From NCBI RefSeq assembly GCF_009914755.1, contig NC_060928.1: a stretch of 64,000 nucleotides of DNA. The stretch is one strand, 5' to 3'. The notes beneath the pieces are model-generated. The model was not told the DNA's origin. It searched no databases and saw only the letters and a list, made by a program, of their open reading frames with translations. Of this stretch, positions 27,031-44,625 are shown one piece after another. Position numbers and translations under genes: made by a program. Within the stretch, counting starts at the first letter, position 1. Each line of letters begins with the position of its first letter. Source of the DNA: the human T2T-CHM13v2.0 reference genome, Homo sapiens.

Positions 27031-28539
27031 AAAACATATGCACTGAAATTCTACAGCATCATTGAAAACAGGGGTCGCTCTTTTCTAAAGGAGATTGGCC
27101 CTTTCAAAGCACAGAGAAAGGCAGGGACTCATGAACAAAGATGGGGAGAAGGTAAGGAGAGGAGCAAAAAACTTAAATTGTTTTGATATAGTGTGTTGAA
27201 AAATGTAAACCAAGACATGATAGAGACATGCGGACACGTGAATATATGTTTGAGGGGGTATAGTGGGTGAAGCTTTTTAAAAGATATGACTATGGGTTAC
27301 ATTTCACATAAGCAACCAGATGCTATTCTAGTCAGTGGGACTAAGGAAGGGCTTTGTTTAAAGGTGGCTAGAAGCAATTTAAAATGCAGCAACTTCCACT
27401 TTGTGCTAGCAAGATCAATCCATGTTTTGAGCTGCTGTTTTCACCTCTTCATTGTTTATCAGGTTTGAGTCTAATTGGGCTTGATTGGAATCATGGGAAG
27501 CCACTAATTAAAATGATTAACAATATCAATAACAGCAAAGAGAATAGAAAAGAAAGCCTCTTATTTTTAATGGGCAGAACACGGATTCTTGGTGTCTGAA
27601 TGAATAGAAGTTAATTGAGGACTGACAGTGGATAACACATTTCTGAAATGTCTATTTTCATGCTTTTAATAAAGGCACATTTTCTAGAAGAATAGGAGCT
27701 AAACCAAAATTATAAATACAGACAAGATTTTTTTTTCTCCTCCACTAATTGAATTAAAGCCAATTCTTAACCGCAGAATGTTTGCAGGCACCTTGTTATC
27801 AACGACTTCTACTGGATACCGTGCTTAACACTGGTTATATTTCAGCTTTGCCACTGACCTTTAAATTGCTCTAATCTGCTTTTATTTACAAATGTGGTTT
27901 CTGCAAATGAGCGTTGGATAGAACAGATTCGAGACACACTAACAGGACACAATCCAGGCTCAAGCAGAGGAGGAAACAGCGAGCTCCCAGATCGTCTTCT
28001 TACTATTCTGTTTGACAATGTCAGGATGCCTTATTTCCAGAACACAAGGGAAGTCATTTAGACGGCACATTTCTCTACTTAAAGTGTTCACTCTCTGGCT
28101 AAAAGGGGGTTCATCATGTTGTTCCTGATGTCTAATCCAAGTTCTGCCTTGAAGTAGATGAGCTCAATGTCAAGAAAATCATGTGTTTGCATTTGGATAG
28201 TCTTACTGACTGCTGAGACTGATATATACCTAGTCAGAGCCTGGGAAACACCTGAGCCTTCCTTTCCTTCCTACTAAAATTTAACCCAGAAGGACTCTGA
28301 ATGAAGGCACAGGAATGCTTGATAAAGTTACTTAGGTTCCAGGAACTTGAGGTTGCCTTATACTTTGCTTATTACATCTTTACTCTTTTTTTGGATATTT
28401 ACTTCCCATTGATATCTAACTTCTGAATTATTTCTCTCCCTTGGTGTAAGGATAACTAACATTTGCACAGAACACCATTGTTTCTAAAATGCATTCCAAA
28501 AATCACTACACATTCCCTTCTCGCCACATCTCCATTCAG

Positions 28540-28810
28540 GTAAAGCGATGGAGTGACTTTGTTTAGGAAACAGGTTCTGGAGTTCTGTGAACTGAATTCA
28601 AAGACTGTCTCTGCACTTTCTGTCTGTGTAACTTTGAGCAAGTTATTTAAACTCTCTATACCTCATGTCCATTCCTGTAAAATAGATGGACCTACTGAGA
28701 TCGCCCTGAAGATTCTAAAGAGAGTTCTTGTAAAGGTGATTAGAATATTGCCTGGCCCAGATCAATTATCCAATAAATGTCGGCTGGTTTACTACTTGAA
28801 TTATTATCAC
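28540..28810 (+). mobile_element. MIR
   Basis: tgtgtaactttgagcaagttatttaaactctctatacctca...ctgtaaaata. Confidence 0.75.
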
Positions 28811-28814
28811 TATT

Positions 28815-28912
28815 CTGTGAGTTCTTTCAGGACATGGTAGCAGACCACACTTATCTTTGGATACCCCTATGCCTAACACAGTGCCTGGCAGATAGCAGGT
28901 GCTTAATGAACA
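28815..28912 (+). mobile_element. L2 3' end fragment
   Basis: gcctaacacagtgcctggcagatagcaggtgcttaatgaa. Confidence 0.7.
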
Positions 28913-29868
28913 ACTGTGCCATCGTTTTACAAACCAACAAGTCCATATTCTAACACCTTCAATCCTTCAGATGGAGCCAGGATAGGAAAACACATTTTCT
29001 TATTCAAGTGCAATGCTTTTCCTGCCCCAGCTATATCCCATCAAGGTGATAACTTATTTATTTTGCCTCATCCCCTGGACATATTAGAATGCTCAGCAAT
29101 GGAAATGCTCCTTCCATACTTGCTGAATTGAATTTTCTCTTTTCAATGCTGTCTTCTGGTGTGGCAAAAAAAGCAGAAGGTAATTGACTGTTTCACTATG
29201 CCTCTCTCACTACATTGTTTCTCAGGCACCCTATATATTTTTTCTTTTTAAAAAATATGTATCCATATTCCTTTAGCACAGCTGTTTTCAACAACAATAA
29301 CAACAAAAAATTTCAAAGCAAGGCATACTTTCTTTAAATAAAATCTTTTCCAGAAGCCAATTTTTATAACAAATAAAAAGCAGTTCTTGGATATCTCTAG
29401 GAATTTCAAAAAGCAAGACTAATGGAGCCTTGAACTCGCCATGCAGCTGTTCTTCCTCCATTTCCCATTCCGTTCTCCTAAGCCCCTGAGGCAGTTTTGT
29501 TGAACCTTTAGGGTTTCAGTGAACGCTATTTTAAATCCACTGTCTCAGGCCCAGCAATTTTGGATGCTCCTAGGTGCAACTTATATTTACCGAACTTCTT
29601 TGTGTTAGTGGAACTGCTTCCGGTTTTCAGAGAGAGTAAATTGAAATATACAAATGCAGTATTAAGGATCTTCCAAAGTGGCTTAACTAAATACGCAGTG
29701 ATAGTGTTCCTAAGCCAGATGGTAAAGAAACCCTAACTTTTTTGTAACAAAATAAAAGGGCTGATACATCTCTTACTTTTAATCTTGTTTTAATTAAAGC
29801 TGCAGTGGCTAAAGTGATTAGCCAACATGAAGTCAATGGAACTTAAGGTTTTATGTCTTTTTATTTTA

Positions 29869-29872
<4 letters not shown>

Positions 29873-29915
<43 letters not shown>
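29873..29915. repeat. Perfect (TG)n microsatellite, about 21 units
   Basis: Direct inspection. Confidence 0.97.
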
Positions 29916-29918
<3 letters not shown>

Positions 29919-30388
29919 GTTACTGATCTGAAGGAGAATACTGATTTAACTTTCATGCTCTTGTTATTTTAGTTCATACATGTAAACTCTGTTTTCCAGC
30001 AATAAGTTCTCTGAGTCTTGTTATGATCATAAAATATTTTGCTTTTGAATCATTAGATAGTGTGCCTTGCCAGATATTTTCAAAGCGTGTGTTCATTTAA
30101 AGGCAAAGTTTCTGTCTTATAAATCTCGCTAGCTCTTCAAGACAACCTGCTTATAACTATTTACATACACCTCAAAGTTCGAATGAGGCCCAGGAAAGAG
30201 ACACGAGAAGGCCATTTTGGTGGTGGGGAAGGTAATATTTCTTTACTAGAGCTAAAGATTTCTAAGGATTCTTAATGCGATTTTTAAGCAATCTGCTGCT
30301 GTTTAATAAATGTATATAAAGTTACTGAGCTATGCAATATGTTGTATAGAGATATGTGATCTTTTTAAAACTTAAGCCAATACAGTGA

Positions 30389-30494
30389 ATTTTGTCATTT
30401 TAATAAAAGTCTAGAATAAGAAATACATATTACTGTAACAGATTCTTTCCTGTGGGAATATATGATTCAAATATGTCTTTTATTTAGGAATCTT
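30389..30494 (+). repeat. Direct duplication B, copy 1 (106 bp)
   Basis: Ungapped match to 33743-33848 with 9 mismatches by manual count. Confidence 0.96.
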
Positions 30495-30870
30495 TTTCTA
30501 TTAAGAGCCAGCTGTTATGAATGTGAGATGGTCTATGCACAATTATGTTACCAATATTGTATGCTGAAAATAATCAGAAGGGAATTTTCATATGAAATCT
30601 AGATGGTTATATGAAAAAAGGTAATAATAGACTATTAACAGAATACCAGATATTTAAACTAATGTGGACTTGTAAATAAAATTAATTCAAATTTAAGTTC
30701 ATTTACATAATCATTTTATTAATTATAGATAATTAACATATGCTCATTTAAATGTTCATTTGAGGTTATAACTTAGGCAACATTGCTTTAAAAAAACAAT
30801 TTCAGGAGAATTTCAGGGGTACAGCCAAGTTATATTAACAGATACTGGAAATGATTAAAAAGTAGAGAAA

Positions 30871-31238
<368 letters not shown>

Positions 31239-31439
31239 CTATGATGTGGGAATGTAGATGGCTTTTTCAAGGCTATGTTTATGAATATCGCCATTAAATA
31301 TTTTTCCTGTATATCCGCATTAGTAAACGCCCTCCCAACTTCTAGTGGAATCTTAAACAGAGTTAAGTCTATCACAGTAAATGAAACTCGAGGTATGGAA
31401 ACTCTTCCGTATAATTCACTGATAGTTTCAAATATGACT

Positions 31440-31880
31440 GGCTGACTAATACAACAAAGCCCCTTCCCAACCTCTCTTCCTTGCCAATCTCCACTGCAGA
31501 GGCTGTGAAATGTACACATCTTCCAAGACTTCCTTGCAAGTTAGGATGATCATGTGATACATTCCTGGCCAATGGGAGGTAAACAGGAGTCTGCTAATGG
31601 CTGATAAAGGCAGTGCTTCCTGATCAATGGGACTGACATGGTCAGAGCTAACACATCCCTTCTCCCTTCTTCTTGCTTTGAGTATGGATGCTATGGCTGG
31701 AATCGAGACAGCCATTTTATGAGTGAAAGATGCTCACAATAGATATCAAACTGGCTCTAATGTGGTTGATCCGTAAAACTGAAACATGTCATTAGCTTCC
31801 TTCAAATTTCTTGATACATGAGGAACTTAAGGCCTGTTTAAGGCAGTGCTGGTTTGCTTTTCTACTGCAGAGGAAGCACC
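31440..31880 (+). mobile_element. Old ERVL/MaLR-type LTR (LTR33/MLT1J-like)
   Basis: ttccttgcaagttaggatgatcatgtgatacattcctggccaatg...cagccattttatg...tttcttgatacatgagg. Confidence 0.65.
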
Positions 31881-33016
31881 TATCAGTAGATCTGTTGACA
31901 AGCTATCTATTCATAGTCCATCTACTCCACTTTATAAGCAAATTTCTGTGAATACTTCTAACTCTCACCTACCTCACCTTAGAGATCACAATCCAAGCTC
32001 AGGCTCCTCAAACACTCTGGTTTAAAAACCCAGTGAACTTGCTTATTCTCTGACCCAATGACAAAGGAAAATGAAAGCATTAAATTCAGAACCCTAGCCA
32101 AAACAATTAGGGTGAAGAAAATGGAAACTTTCAAATTCACTAGTATCCAGCTTAACATTGTTGCAATATCATTAATAGTACAAGCCATACAAATTTATGT
32201 ATAAGTAATCCATTTGGACTATACATTTGAAATTGTCAAGTGAGTATATTGGTGAGTAGAACCTTTACATGTGTTCACTGTAATGAGAATAACCTTCTCT
32301 TAGGTAACCTACTACACAGAAGTACAGATCAATACTCCTAATGCAGAAACCATTTCAGGAAGTATCAAAAGCTATCAATTGTCATCTAATTGGAAGATTG
32401 TTTTTCTAAGTGAACAGCTATAAAATTCTGACTGTTCAAATCACTGTAATCATTTTATTTGCCCTATTCTCTAGAGGAACCTTAAACAAACCCTGCAGTG
32501 ATTGCTTTGTTATTTCAAATCAGCCTAGTAATTTTCCAGTGTATTAAAAGACATTCAGTGTTGACACTGCTAGGAAAAAAATTGGGCGTCCGCCGGATGG
32601 AACTGTTCATTTTCAGTCAACATAATTACTCTGTATTAACACATCTGCTATTTAAACATATCACACTTTTTTGCTAATAATTAACTTGATGGGATCATAC
32701 ATCTCTATTCGACTTGAATAAATATCAGAATCATTTTTATATTGTTAAAATAGTGCCAAGCCAAATGAAATGATTGGGCTTGAGCTATTTATTGTCAGTA
32801 ACATAACTCAATTGCATGACCTCCTTTAACAAAGCAAAACAAATCAAAACAAACCAGCCTAACTCCTAGATATATAGCAATTTATGTAATATCAGGAAAA
32901 AGAAAATTAATAAATATAAAATATTTTTTCCAAGACCTTGAAGGCTGTTTTATGTTATGAAATATGCAATCAGTACCAAAGGCTGTCAAAATCATCTTCC
33001 TTGTCCACAGTTCTGA

Positions 33017-33433
<417 letters not shown>

Positions 33434-33742
33434 ACGACACCTTTCTTAATGTCCCTTTCCCCATTGTTCACTCACAAGAGTCCTAATTTGTAGGACTTTC
33501 ACACTGCAATATAATTGATTAGAAGAATGAATGATGCATCAAAAGTCAAAAAGCACAGAATTAGGCAAATTATATTACCCTTATTGTTTTTTGCTCCTCC
33601 CATGGGAAAAAATCAAGAACTACTAACAGATATTTTTCCTACTATGTCTTTCTGTAGTAACCACTCATCCTCCTACGATTACTTTCAAATCTACTGCACA
33701 TTCCTCTTCATTTCAAATAATTTGTCAGATATACTAAGCAGG

Positions 33743-33848
33743 ATTTTGTCATTTTAATAAAAGTCTAGAATAAGAAATATACATTATTGTAACAATTTCT
33801 TTCCTGTGGGAACATATGACTCAAATATGCCTTTTATTTAGGGATCTT
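33743..33848 (+). repeat. Direct duplication B, copy 2
   Basis: attttgtcattttaataaaagtctagaataagaaata... matches 30389-30494. Confidence 0.96.
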
Positions 33849-34409
33849 CTGTAAATTGTAAAGTAGGTTTGAGGCTTTGGAGAAAGATTTAATATTTGTT
33901 GAAAATCTAATATACTTACATTACTTCATTACTTCATTTAAGAAATATCCACTAAATATCATCTATAGAAAAAGACAAGATACTCAAGACTGGTCCTACT
34001 TTCCACTGCTTAATTATTTATGCTGATTTTCGTTTTGTGTTGTGTTGTATTGTTTCTTTGCTTTTAGTTTTCAAAATGTATTCTCCTTTTGCATTGTTGC
34101 TGAGATCAAGAAATTGTACTCTGCACTACTATCTTCACCTCCAGAACCTGCCAGTGAAAGCTTATTGAGTTAGAGGGTACCATAGACATCTTCCTCTCCC
34201 AGGCTTGCAGAGATTCGCCAGGAGGAAAAAAAAAGTGAGACTCTTCATAATTTTTTCCTTCCTAGCACTTGTGGTTCATCATGTTACCAAGCATCAGTGC
34301 CAAAAGCCCTGACTGATTTTTATCCACTGGGGTAATCAAAATCAGTTAGGATTCAAGTAAAGGGCAAAGATCTTTAGTCTATACCCTATGGCTTTCCATA
34401 GTTATTTTT

Positions 34410-35360
34410 GTTGTGTCCAATTCATCTCCTCATATTCTACCTTGAATTTGTCTAGTCAGAAACCACTGTTAGCTAGGTTGATAATGATTGCTGCATTGCT
34501 AAATACAAGAGATAATGTTAGTCCATCTGTTACTTGGCACTTCAGGAACATTTGATCCAGTTGACCACTCTCTTCTCCTACAATTTGTTGCTTCTTTAGC
34601 TTCTAGCACACAATTTCCTAATTTTCTACCATTTTCACTGATGGCTTTCCATATCCCTTTGCTGGTTCTTTGTACTTTTCTCCGCCTCTCAACACTTGAG
34701 TGTCTCAGGGTTCAGCTCATGTACCCCATTCTTCTTCTATCATTACTTATTATCTTGATGACCTTATCCAGTCTCATAGCTTTAAATACCTTTGATATGC
34801 TAGCAACTCCCAAGTTCACCTCTATGTTATGGACAGCTAAGGTTCATATTCAACTGTTCTTAAATATCTAATAGGTCCCTAAAACTTAACATGACCACAG
34901 CCAAACTCTTAAGGATTCATCTGTATCACTTCCATTTGATCTTTTCAATCTCAGTTAATGGCAAATTCCTTCTTTCAGTTTGTTTCCACATTGCTTAGGC
35001 CACATTTTCTTCTTTTTCTCTCACAACCCATATCCAATTTGTCACAAAAGCATGTGTTGTCACTACGACAAAACTTATCAACATTGGAACATTTCTCATC
35101 CTTTCCAGCTCTATCTTATCCAAACCCCACTCTCTCTAATCTGTATCATTGAAATAATCTTCCAGCTGACCTGTTCCCAGCTCAAGCCTAGTGAAGTCAG
35201 TCATCACTATTTTCTGTGCAGAGCCTCCACTAGCTTCTCATCATTCTCAAATAAAAGCCAAATATCTTGCATGGCCTGAAAGTCCTGACACTCCTATCCC
35301 TCCCTCTGTGTGAATGTACTTCTCCCAGATAAGTGCATGGCTTGCCCCTTCACTCCATAC
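34410..35360 (+). mobile_element. L2 ORF2/3' region (resumes at 41498-41815)
   Basis: ORF 34515 contains LLLGTSGTFDPVDHSLLL, resembling the L2 RT motif LDLSAAFDTVDH; typical pyrimidine-rich L2 body. Confidence 0.85.
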
Positions 35361-35377
35361 TGCTGTAGAATATGTTA

Positions 35378-35656
35378 GTATAATGGTTAATTCTATGTTT
35401 CAACATATCTAGGCAATGTCTTCACAGCCTAGACATTGCTGTGAAGGTATTTTTAAAATGTGATTAATATTTAAATAAGTAGACTTTGAATAAAGCAGAT
35501 AACATGGGTCGACTATACCCAATCAATTGAATGCCTTAAGAGCAATGACAAAGGTTTTCTGCAGAAGGAATTCTCCTCAAGACTACAACCTAGAAACCTT
35601 GCCTGAGTTTGCGGCCTGATGCTCTAAAGAATTTGGACTCAAGATTGAACATTAAC
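35378..35656 (+). mobile_element. ERVL LTR (MLT2-like), 5' part
   Basis: taatggttaattctatgtttcaac...gtagactttgaataaagcagat...ccaatcaattgaatgccttaagagc. Confidence 0.85.
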
Positions 35657-38763
<3,107 letters not shown>

Positions 38764-39008
38764 TTATTCCCAAACATAAAAAAAAACTTATTTCTTTCAC
38801 TTAGCATATTGCATTTGAAAGTTATATATGTTATTGGGTATATTAATAGTTCATTGCTTTTTATTGTCAAGTAATACATTCTATTGTATGGCTATATCAG
38901 AATTTCTGCAATCACTTTAGTTGAAGGACATCTCGATTATTCCAGTTTCAGGTGATTATAAATAAAGCTACTATAAACAGGTGCATACAGAAAAAAAAAA
39001 AGAAAAAG
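38764..39008 (+). other. Putative L1 3'-transduced segment (antisense old L1M fragment, AATAAA, second poly-A)
   Basis: Lies between the L1PA poly-A and a second A-tract starting at 38991; AATAAA at 38961-38966. Confidence 0.8.
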
Positions 39009-39160
39009 AGACTGAACATCAACTGTTATCTGAATTTCTAGCCTGTCGGCCTGCCCTACAAGTTTTATACTTGCCATAGACATATTAGCCAATTCTTTAA
39101 AATAAATCTGTCTCTGACTCTCTGTCATATATGCATCTACATCCATATTTTTATCTTTAT
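39009..39160 (+). mobile_element. MLT2-like LTR, 3' part
   Basis: Resumes after TSD agactgaacatcaac: gcctgccctacaagtttt...agccaattctttaaaataaatct. Confidence 0.8.
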
Positions 39161-39164
39161 CTTT

Positions 39165-39485
39165 AACAGAAAGGTAGAAGGAGATTTGATAATTGAAAAA
39201 GTAGGCCATGTGAAGGTGGAGCAGAAAGAGACTTGAAGATGCTGGCCATGAAGATCGGAGTGATGAGGCCACAAGAAATGCCAGCAGCCACCCAGAAACT
39301 AGAAAAGGCATGAAAAAATTCTCTCCCAGGCCTCCAGAGGAAGTGCAACCTGCTGACAACTTGATCTTGGCCTAGCAGTGTTGATTTCAGGCATCTGGAC
39401 TCCAGAATTGTGAGAGAATAAATTTCTGTTGTTTTAAGTCACCAAGTATATGCTAATTTATCATAGCAGCCACAGGAAACTAATA
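39165..39485 (+). mobile_element. MLT1C-like 5' LTR
   Basis: gccatgtgaagg...cctccagaggaagtgcaacctgctgacaacttga...ccagaattgtgagagaataaatttctgttgttttaag...ggaaactaata. Confidence 0.88.
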
Positions 39486-40027
39486 CAGTAGTGACTTGCT
39501 CATCTGCAGGGGATACATTCCAAGCCCCCTAGTGGATGCCTGAACCACAGATAGTAGCAAATCCTATATATACAATGTTTTATTCCTATACATACACACC
39601 TATGATAAAGTTTAATTTATAATTTAGGTACAGTAAGATATTAACACCAATAATTGATAAAGTAGAACAATCATAATACACTGTAATCAAATTTACATGA
39701 ATATGATCTCACTCTCTGTCTTTCTCAAAATATCTTATTATGTTGTACTCACCCTTTTTTTCTTGTGATCTGCTGACCTGCTTGAACTGAGAGCTACTAA
39801 GTGATTAACAGGCAGGTAGCTATACAGCATGGATACCTTTAACAAAGGAATGACTCACATCCCAGGCAGGATGGAGTGGGATTGCACAAGATTTCATTAT
39901 GCTACTCAGAATGGCAAGCAACTTTATACTTACAAATTGGTTATTTTTGGAATTTTCCATTTAATATTTTGGACCAGGTTGACCATGGGTCACTGGAACT
40001 GAGAAAAATGAATAAGGGGAACTACTG
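39486..40027. mobile_element. MER44B-like (Tigger-derived) DNA element
   Basis: Termini cagtagt... and ...ggggaactactg with TA target duplications; ggggatacattccaagccccctagtggatgcctgaa. Confidence 0.88.
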
Positions 40028-40029
40028 TA

Positions 40030-41497
40030 GGTATTTTGATACTGCTTTGGGAAGCAAGATGAGGCTATAACAAATGCCTAAAAATGAGGAAGTAGCTTTG
40101 GAATTGAGAAACTGTTGGAGGCTGGAAGCATTTTGAGAAGCATGAAAGAAAAAGTCTAGATTACTTATAATAGATTTTTGGTAGAAATATAAGTGCTAAG
40201 GATTCTGCCAGTAAGGGATGAGAGGAAGTGAGGAGTACAATAGAGAAAGGTTCTAGCATCTTAGAGAATATCTGTATATCATCATAAACTGATTGTTGGT
40301 AGAAATATGAAAGTTAAAGGCTTTTTTAAGGGCTCAAAAGAAAATGAGAAACATGTTACTGGAAACTGGAGGAAAGGCAATCCACGTTTTACAGTGTCAG
40401 ATAACTGAGCTTAATTGTGCCCTTCATAATTGGAAAGCGGAACTTATAAACTATAAACTTAGATATTTAGCTGAGAATATTTCTAAGCAAATTGTTGAAT
40501 ATATGGCCTGATTTCTTCTCATGGCTTATAGTAAAACGAGAGAAGAAAGAAATAAGTTGAGGAAGAAACTGTTAAGCAAAAAGAAACCAATAGCAGATGA
40601 TTCAGGAAATTCTCAGCCTACCCAATATACAAAAAATGCTAAAATTATGAGATTCAGTATCAGAAAACTGTGCTCTGGACAGAAGGCCAAGGGTATGGAG
40701 GGACATCCTTTTTACTTCTGCTCAAGAGATTAGACATATAGCTGAGGGATCCACTCAACTGTCTCAGCATAAGTCAGACATAGAGAGGCAGTTATCCAGG
40801 AAAGATCTGGGGAGAACTTCTTGTTTGATGATGTAAATCCTCCTGACATATATAGGAGGTCCATCAAGTTTTTGAGAATATTATACCATCAGAAACATTG
40901 CCAGCCTGGACTGAAACGGAGAGAGACAAGGCAAAAATAAAGAAGGTTATTGGACTTCCAAATTCTACAGGCAGGAAACAGGCTGAAATGACTACTCAGC
41001 TGCAAACATTTTCTATTCTTCAAGAAAGAAGAAAAATGGCAGTGGGCTTTGTGGTGTGGCAGGCCTAGCAGTCAGGGGCCCAGGCCCAGAAGGTGCTGGT
41101 GTCAGCCCAAAGAGCAGAGGTATGGGCTGAAAGGACATAACCTTGAGCCACAGAGAGTTATTCCCAGCCCTTACACACTAATGGAGCTTACTTGGTTGAA
41201 TTTTAAAATTGCCTGTGACTCTTCTTTAACTCCTATTTTTTCTCTTTTAAAATAGGAATGCCTATAACCATTATCTTATGCCTATAACCATGATCCTATG
41301 CTGGTCCCACCATTTGTATGTTGGTAACATGTTTTCTAGTTTCACAGTTCCAGAGATAGAAAAGAATTTTGCCTCAAGATGGATCATATTTAGAGTCTCA
41401 CCCATACCTAATTTCGATCATTAGATAATAAGATTTAGGACTTTGGAGCTGATGATATTGTAGTAATTTGTTATAGCAGCCACAGAAAACTAATGCA
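40030..41497 (+). mobile_element. MaLR internal region (MLT1-int) plus a ~40-bp remnant of the 3' LTR
   Basis: cctaaaaatgaggaagtagctttggaattg, ggaaactggaggaaagg, atttagctgagaatatttctaagcaaa; ends gtaatttgttatagcagccacagaaaactaatgca. Confidence 0.85.
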
Positions 41498-41815
41498 GTG
41501 AGAAGCACTTTTTTAAAAATTGCAACACTCAGTCATGCTTTCTATATCCTCCCCTCCTTTATTTTTTCCACATCTCCATATCACATATATTTAAATTACT
41601 TTAAGAATAAGAAAACTTATATATATGTATATATATATATATACTACTTTTTACTCTTTTTAAAGTTATTTGTCTCCCTCACCATTGCAATATAAACTCC
41701 ATAAGTGCAGCAATTTTTTTATCTTTTTGTTTTTTCACTGCTGTATCCCTGGTGCTGTGAATAGTGGTACTGGTACATAAGAGGTGCTCACAAATGTTTT
41801 TCAGTGATTAAATAA
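41498..41815 (+). mobile_element. L2 3' end (continuation of 34410-35360)
   Basis: atataaactccataag...ttcactgctgtatccctggtgc...gaggtgctcacaaatgttt. Confidence 0.8.
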
Positions 41816-41934
41816 AAATTTTCCTTACGTATATCCTCATAGAATTTGTCCATCCCTCCATCTACATTCCATCCATCCATCCACCCAACCACTTTCCATC
41901 TCTGTATAAATCCATCTACCCTCTTACATGTCTA

Positions 41935-42170
41935 TTTAATAGCAAACATTCTTTTACTCATTAGCCCCAGGATCTGTGCAAGAAATTCAATGGTAAGTAA
42001 GACTTAGAACAAGCCTACAGAGTTATTTCCTCTTCATTGGGAAAACAGTAGTTGAACTTGAACTATTAAAACAAAATGCCATAATTATCACTAGCGGGGA
42101 AACAAAGGATGCCAGGGAAGCAAATTAGAATAATACCTAATCTAGATGAGAAAGTCTTCAGAAAATACTC
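41935..42170 (-). mobile_element. L2 fragment
   Basis: tatttaatagcaaacattc...caaaggatgccagggaagc...cctaatctag. Confidence 0.5.
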
Positions 42171-42619
42171 TCTCATTATACAAACCTGGAGTATCATCTT
42201 TCTTACAACCAACAGATAATGTAAATCTATAGAGTTCTCAAACTTACTTCTGACTATACTATAGTAAAAAAATAAGTATTTGTGAAGAAATGAGCATTTG
42301 CTTTAAAATTCATTTCAGCTTAAATAATATTCATATTTATGTAAAGAGAGATGGGTGAATCTAACTGTCCACTTAAATCTTCCTTTTAATTCCCAAGAAT
42401 AAATGAACTGTCCAAAGCACAATCAATATTAAAGACAATCCAGAATACTTTAGACTTTCCGTAGGTAAATATCTTGAGATAAGAAGGAAAGTGTTTGTCT
42501 TTCCTGGTGTTCAGCATTTTTGCTGACCATGAAAAAAGATGACGAAGTAAAGGGTGGGGGCAAGAGAAGGGAGAGGAGGAGGAAGAGGAAGAAAGCAACA
42601 GCAGCATTTTAAAGGCAGA

Positions 42620-42850
42620 CAGCTTGTAGTATATTTGAATTTAGACAATCTCGGTTAGCACGCTAAATTGGAAACCTGATAGTTCAATGGATTTAGATAA
42701 GCCACTTCACACATCAGTGCTTCAGTTTATCAGTTACAAAATGAGTTTGACATTTCCCTTGCCTATCTATGGAAGTATTATAAGAACCAAATATAAGCAC
42801 GTGCAGATACTTTGAAAAGTTTAATTTCCTTACAAATGTAAGTTATTTTT
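42620..42850 (+). mobile_element. MIR
   Basis: gataagccacttcacacatcagtgcttcagtttatcagttacaaaatgag. Confidence 0.6.
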
Positions 42851-43389
42851 CACAAAGACATTTTATTGAGATTCTATGATGTGCTGATCACCATGTATAG
42901 TTATTTGAAAATCACAAATAATTTGGGATTTGCAATTATGAGAATTGAGGGCATTAAACTTTAGATATTCTGCTTACAGATATAAGGACAAATGTGTGGT
43001 TTTAAACACAGAGCAAAAACGACATAATAGTGAATGTGCAATAGGATAACAGGTGTTTCATACATTGAGAACAACAAAAAAATTGGGGTAATGGAAATTC
43101 AATGTCCTAGTCACAGGCAGTGGGGGAATTTTCTTAGATCTGTGATAACAGCAAGTGGTTTTGTTAATGTGAAGCTAGTTTTTGTTCTGTGGTTATTGCC
43201 ATTCCTGAGTAATGAGCAACGAGATCTCTTTCCCATCTGGCATTTTGTGGCTGAGAATAGCAGCAGCATAAGGTGAAATGTCAGTGGTAAGACACAGTGG
43301 TTTATGTCATTTGTAAAATATGATCACAGACTCAAACATCCATGGTGATGTGATATCCCAGAAAATATCCCAATGCAAGTGAATCCAAC

Positions 43390-43600
43390 TCCATGGGGAC
43401 AGTGAAAAGAGATTAAAGTCAAAAAATAGTTTTGAATTTTGGTTCCACTAACTTAATTGCCTGTTTTGCTCTTGGCCCTTGATTTTTCTCATTTGTAAAA
43501 TAGAAATGAAAAAATCCCTATTTTTCAAAGTCATTTGAAGAATTAAAAATGTGAATGTCCTTTAAGTTGTAACATGCTGTATAGAAGTTAGTGGTAACTG
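43390..43600 (+). mobile_element. MIR
   Basis: cttgatttttctcatttgtaaaatagaaatg MIR core. Confidence 0.6.
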
Positions 43601-44394
43601 CTGTTTTTGTAGATAACCAAAAAATTGATTTTGTCCATAATAACAGATGAAAGCTTCCTTAATGAAGTTGCATTACACAGTCCCAAGCTTTACCAAACAC
43701 GTCAGTGGTGTTGGTAACAGTTATCAAAACTACCTTAAGGTGGTCTCTGTAATTTTCGCTAAAGGACATGTGAGAAAATATTTTGAAAACGTCTTTACTG
43801 CTAACAACATACCGAATAGGCTTCAAGTCCATTTTCAAGCCCAAAGTCAAGTTAGGATTTAAGGAAAAGGAAACTAGAAGAGAATAATTCTTAGGACATC
43901 TGAACATTCAAGATGATTGGAGATTCTCATTCATTTAAAAGAAAAGAATGTTATTCCTTACAAAACCTTATTTACTGAAATAAGAATTTCATATTTTGAT
44001 AGCTAAATCAAATAAGGGTTCTGTTTCTTCCCCCCCAACTCCGCCTTCCAGAAGCTGGGAAGGATAATTTACCTCCCTAACTGCTTGACTTAACCCACAG
44101 GGACGTAAGCACTGAGGGGATCTGTGATTATCTACACAAGATGATAATAAGCCAGATAATTTCAGAATTTAGAATTTTAAAAGAAAATAAAAAATTCTCC
44201 CTAATGATACCACTGCATTGTAAATTCTACACATCACTTTCCGTAGACATCTTCTAGCATACAGCTAAGTGTCTTATATCAAAGACCCTGCCTTCATGGA
44301 GGTGGGAGAAGGAAGTTAGAAGCTGCCAAGAGAAAAGAATCTTGGAGAGTAAAGGGTAGAAATTTCTGGAAAGGTTTGAGTCTTTCCTACTGCC

Positions 44395-44625
44395 ATTGGC
44401 ACTGCTCAGTGGGTTGGGGGCTTGGGCTCTGTCATCACACTGCTTTGGTTCCTGTCCTGGCTATGTTTACCAACTACATGGCTTCAGATGACTTAACCTG
44501 AATGGAGATAATAACACCTCCCTCATAGGGCAGTTTTGACAAATAACTGAAGAGGTAAAGCACTTAAAACAGCCCTTAGCACAAAATAAGCACATGGTAA
44601 ATATCAGTTACCACTATTGTAACTA
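44395..44625 (+). mobile_element. MIR
   Basis: gggctctgtcatcacactgctttggttc...aatggagataataacacctccctcataggg...aaagcacttaaaacag. Confidence 0.75.

Noticed and set aside
41258-41297. 20-bp tandem duplication atgcctataacca(t/t)...
   Set aside because: Ordinary slippage duplication within MLT1-int.
41988-42000. Strong donor ATG|GTAAGT
   Set aside because: Inside a decayed L2 with no convincing acceptor nearby; expected by chance in 64 kb.
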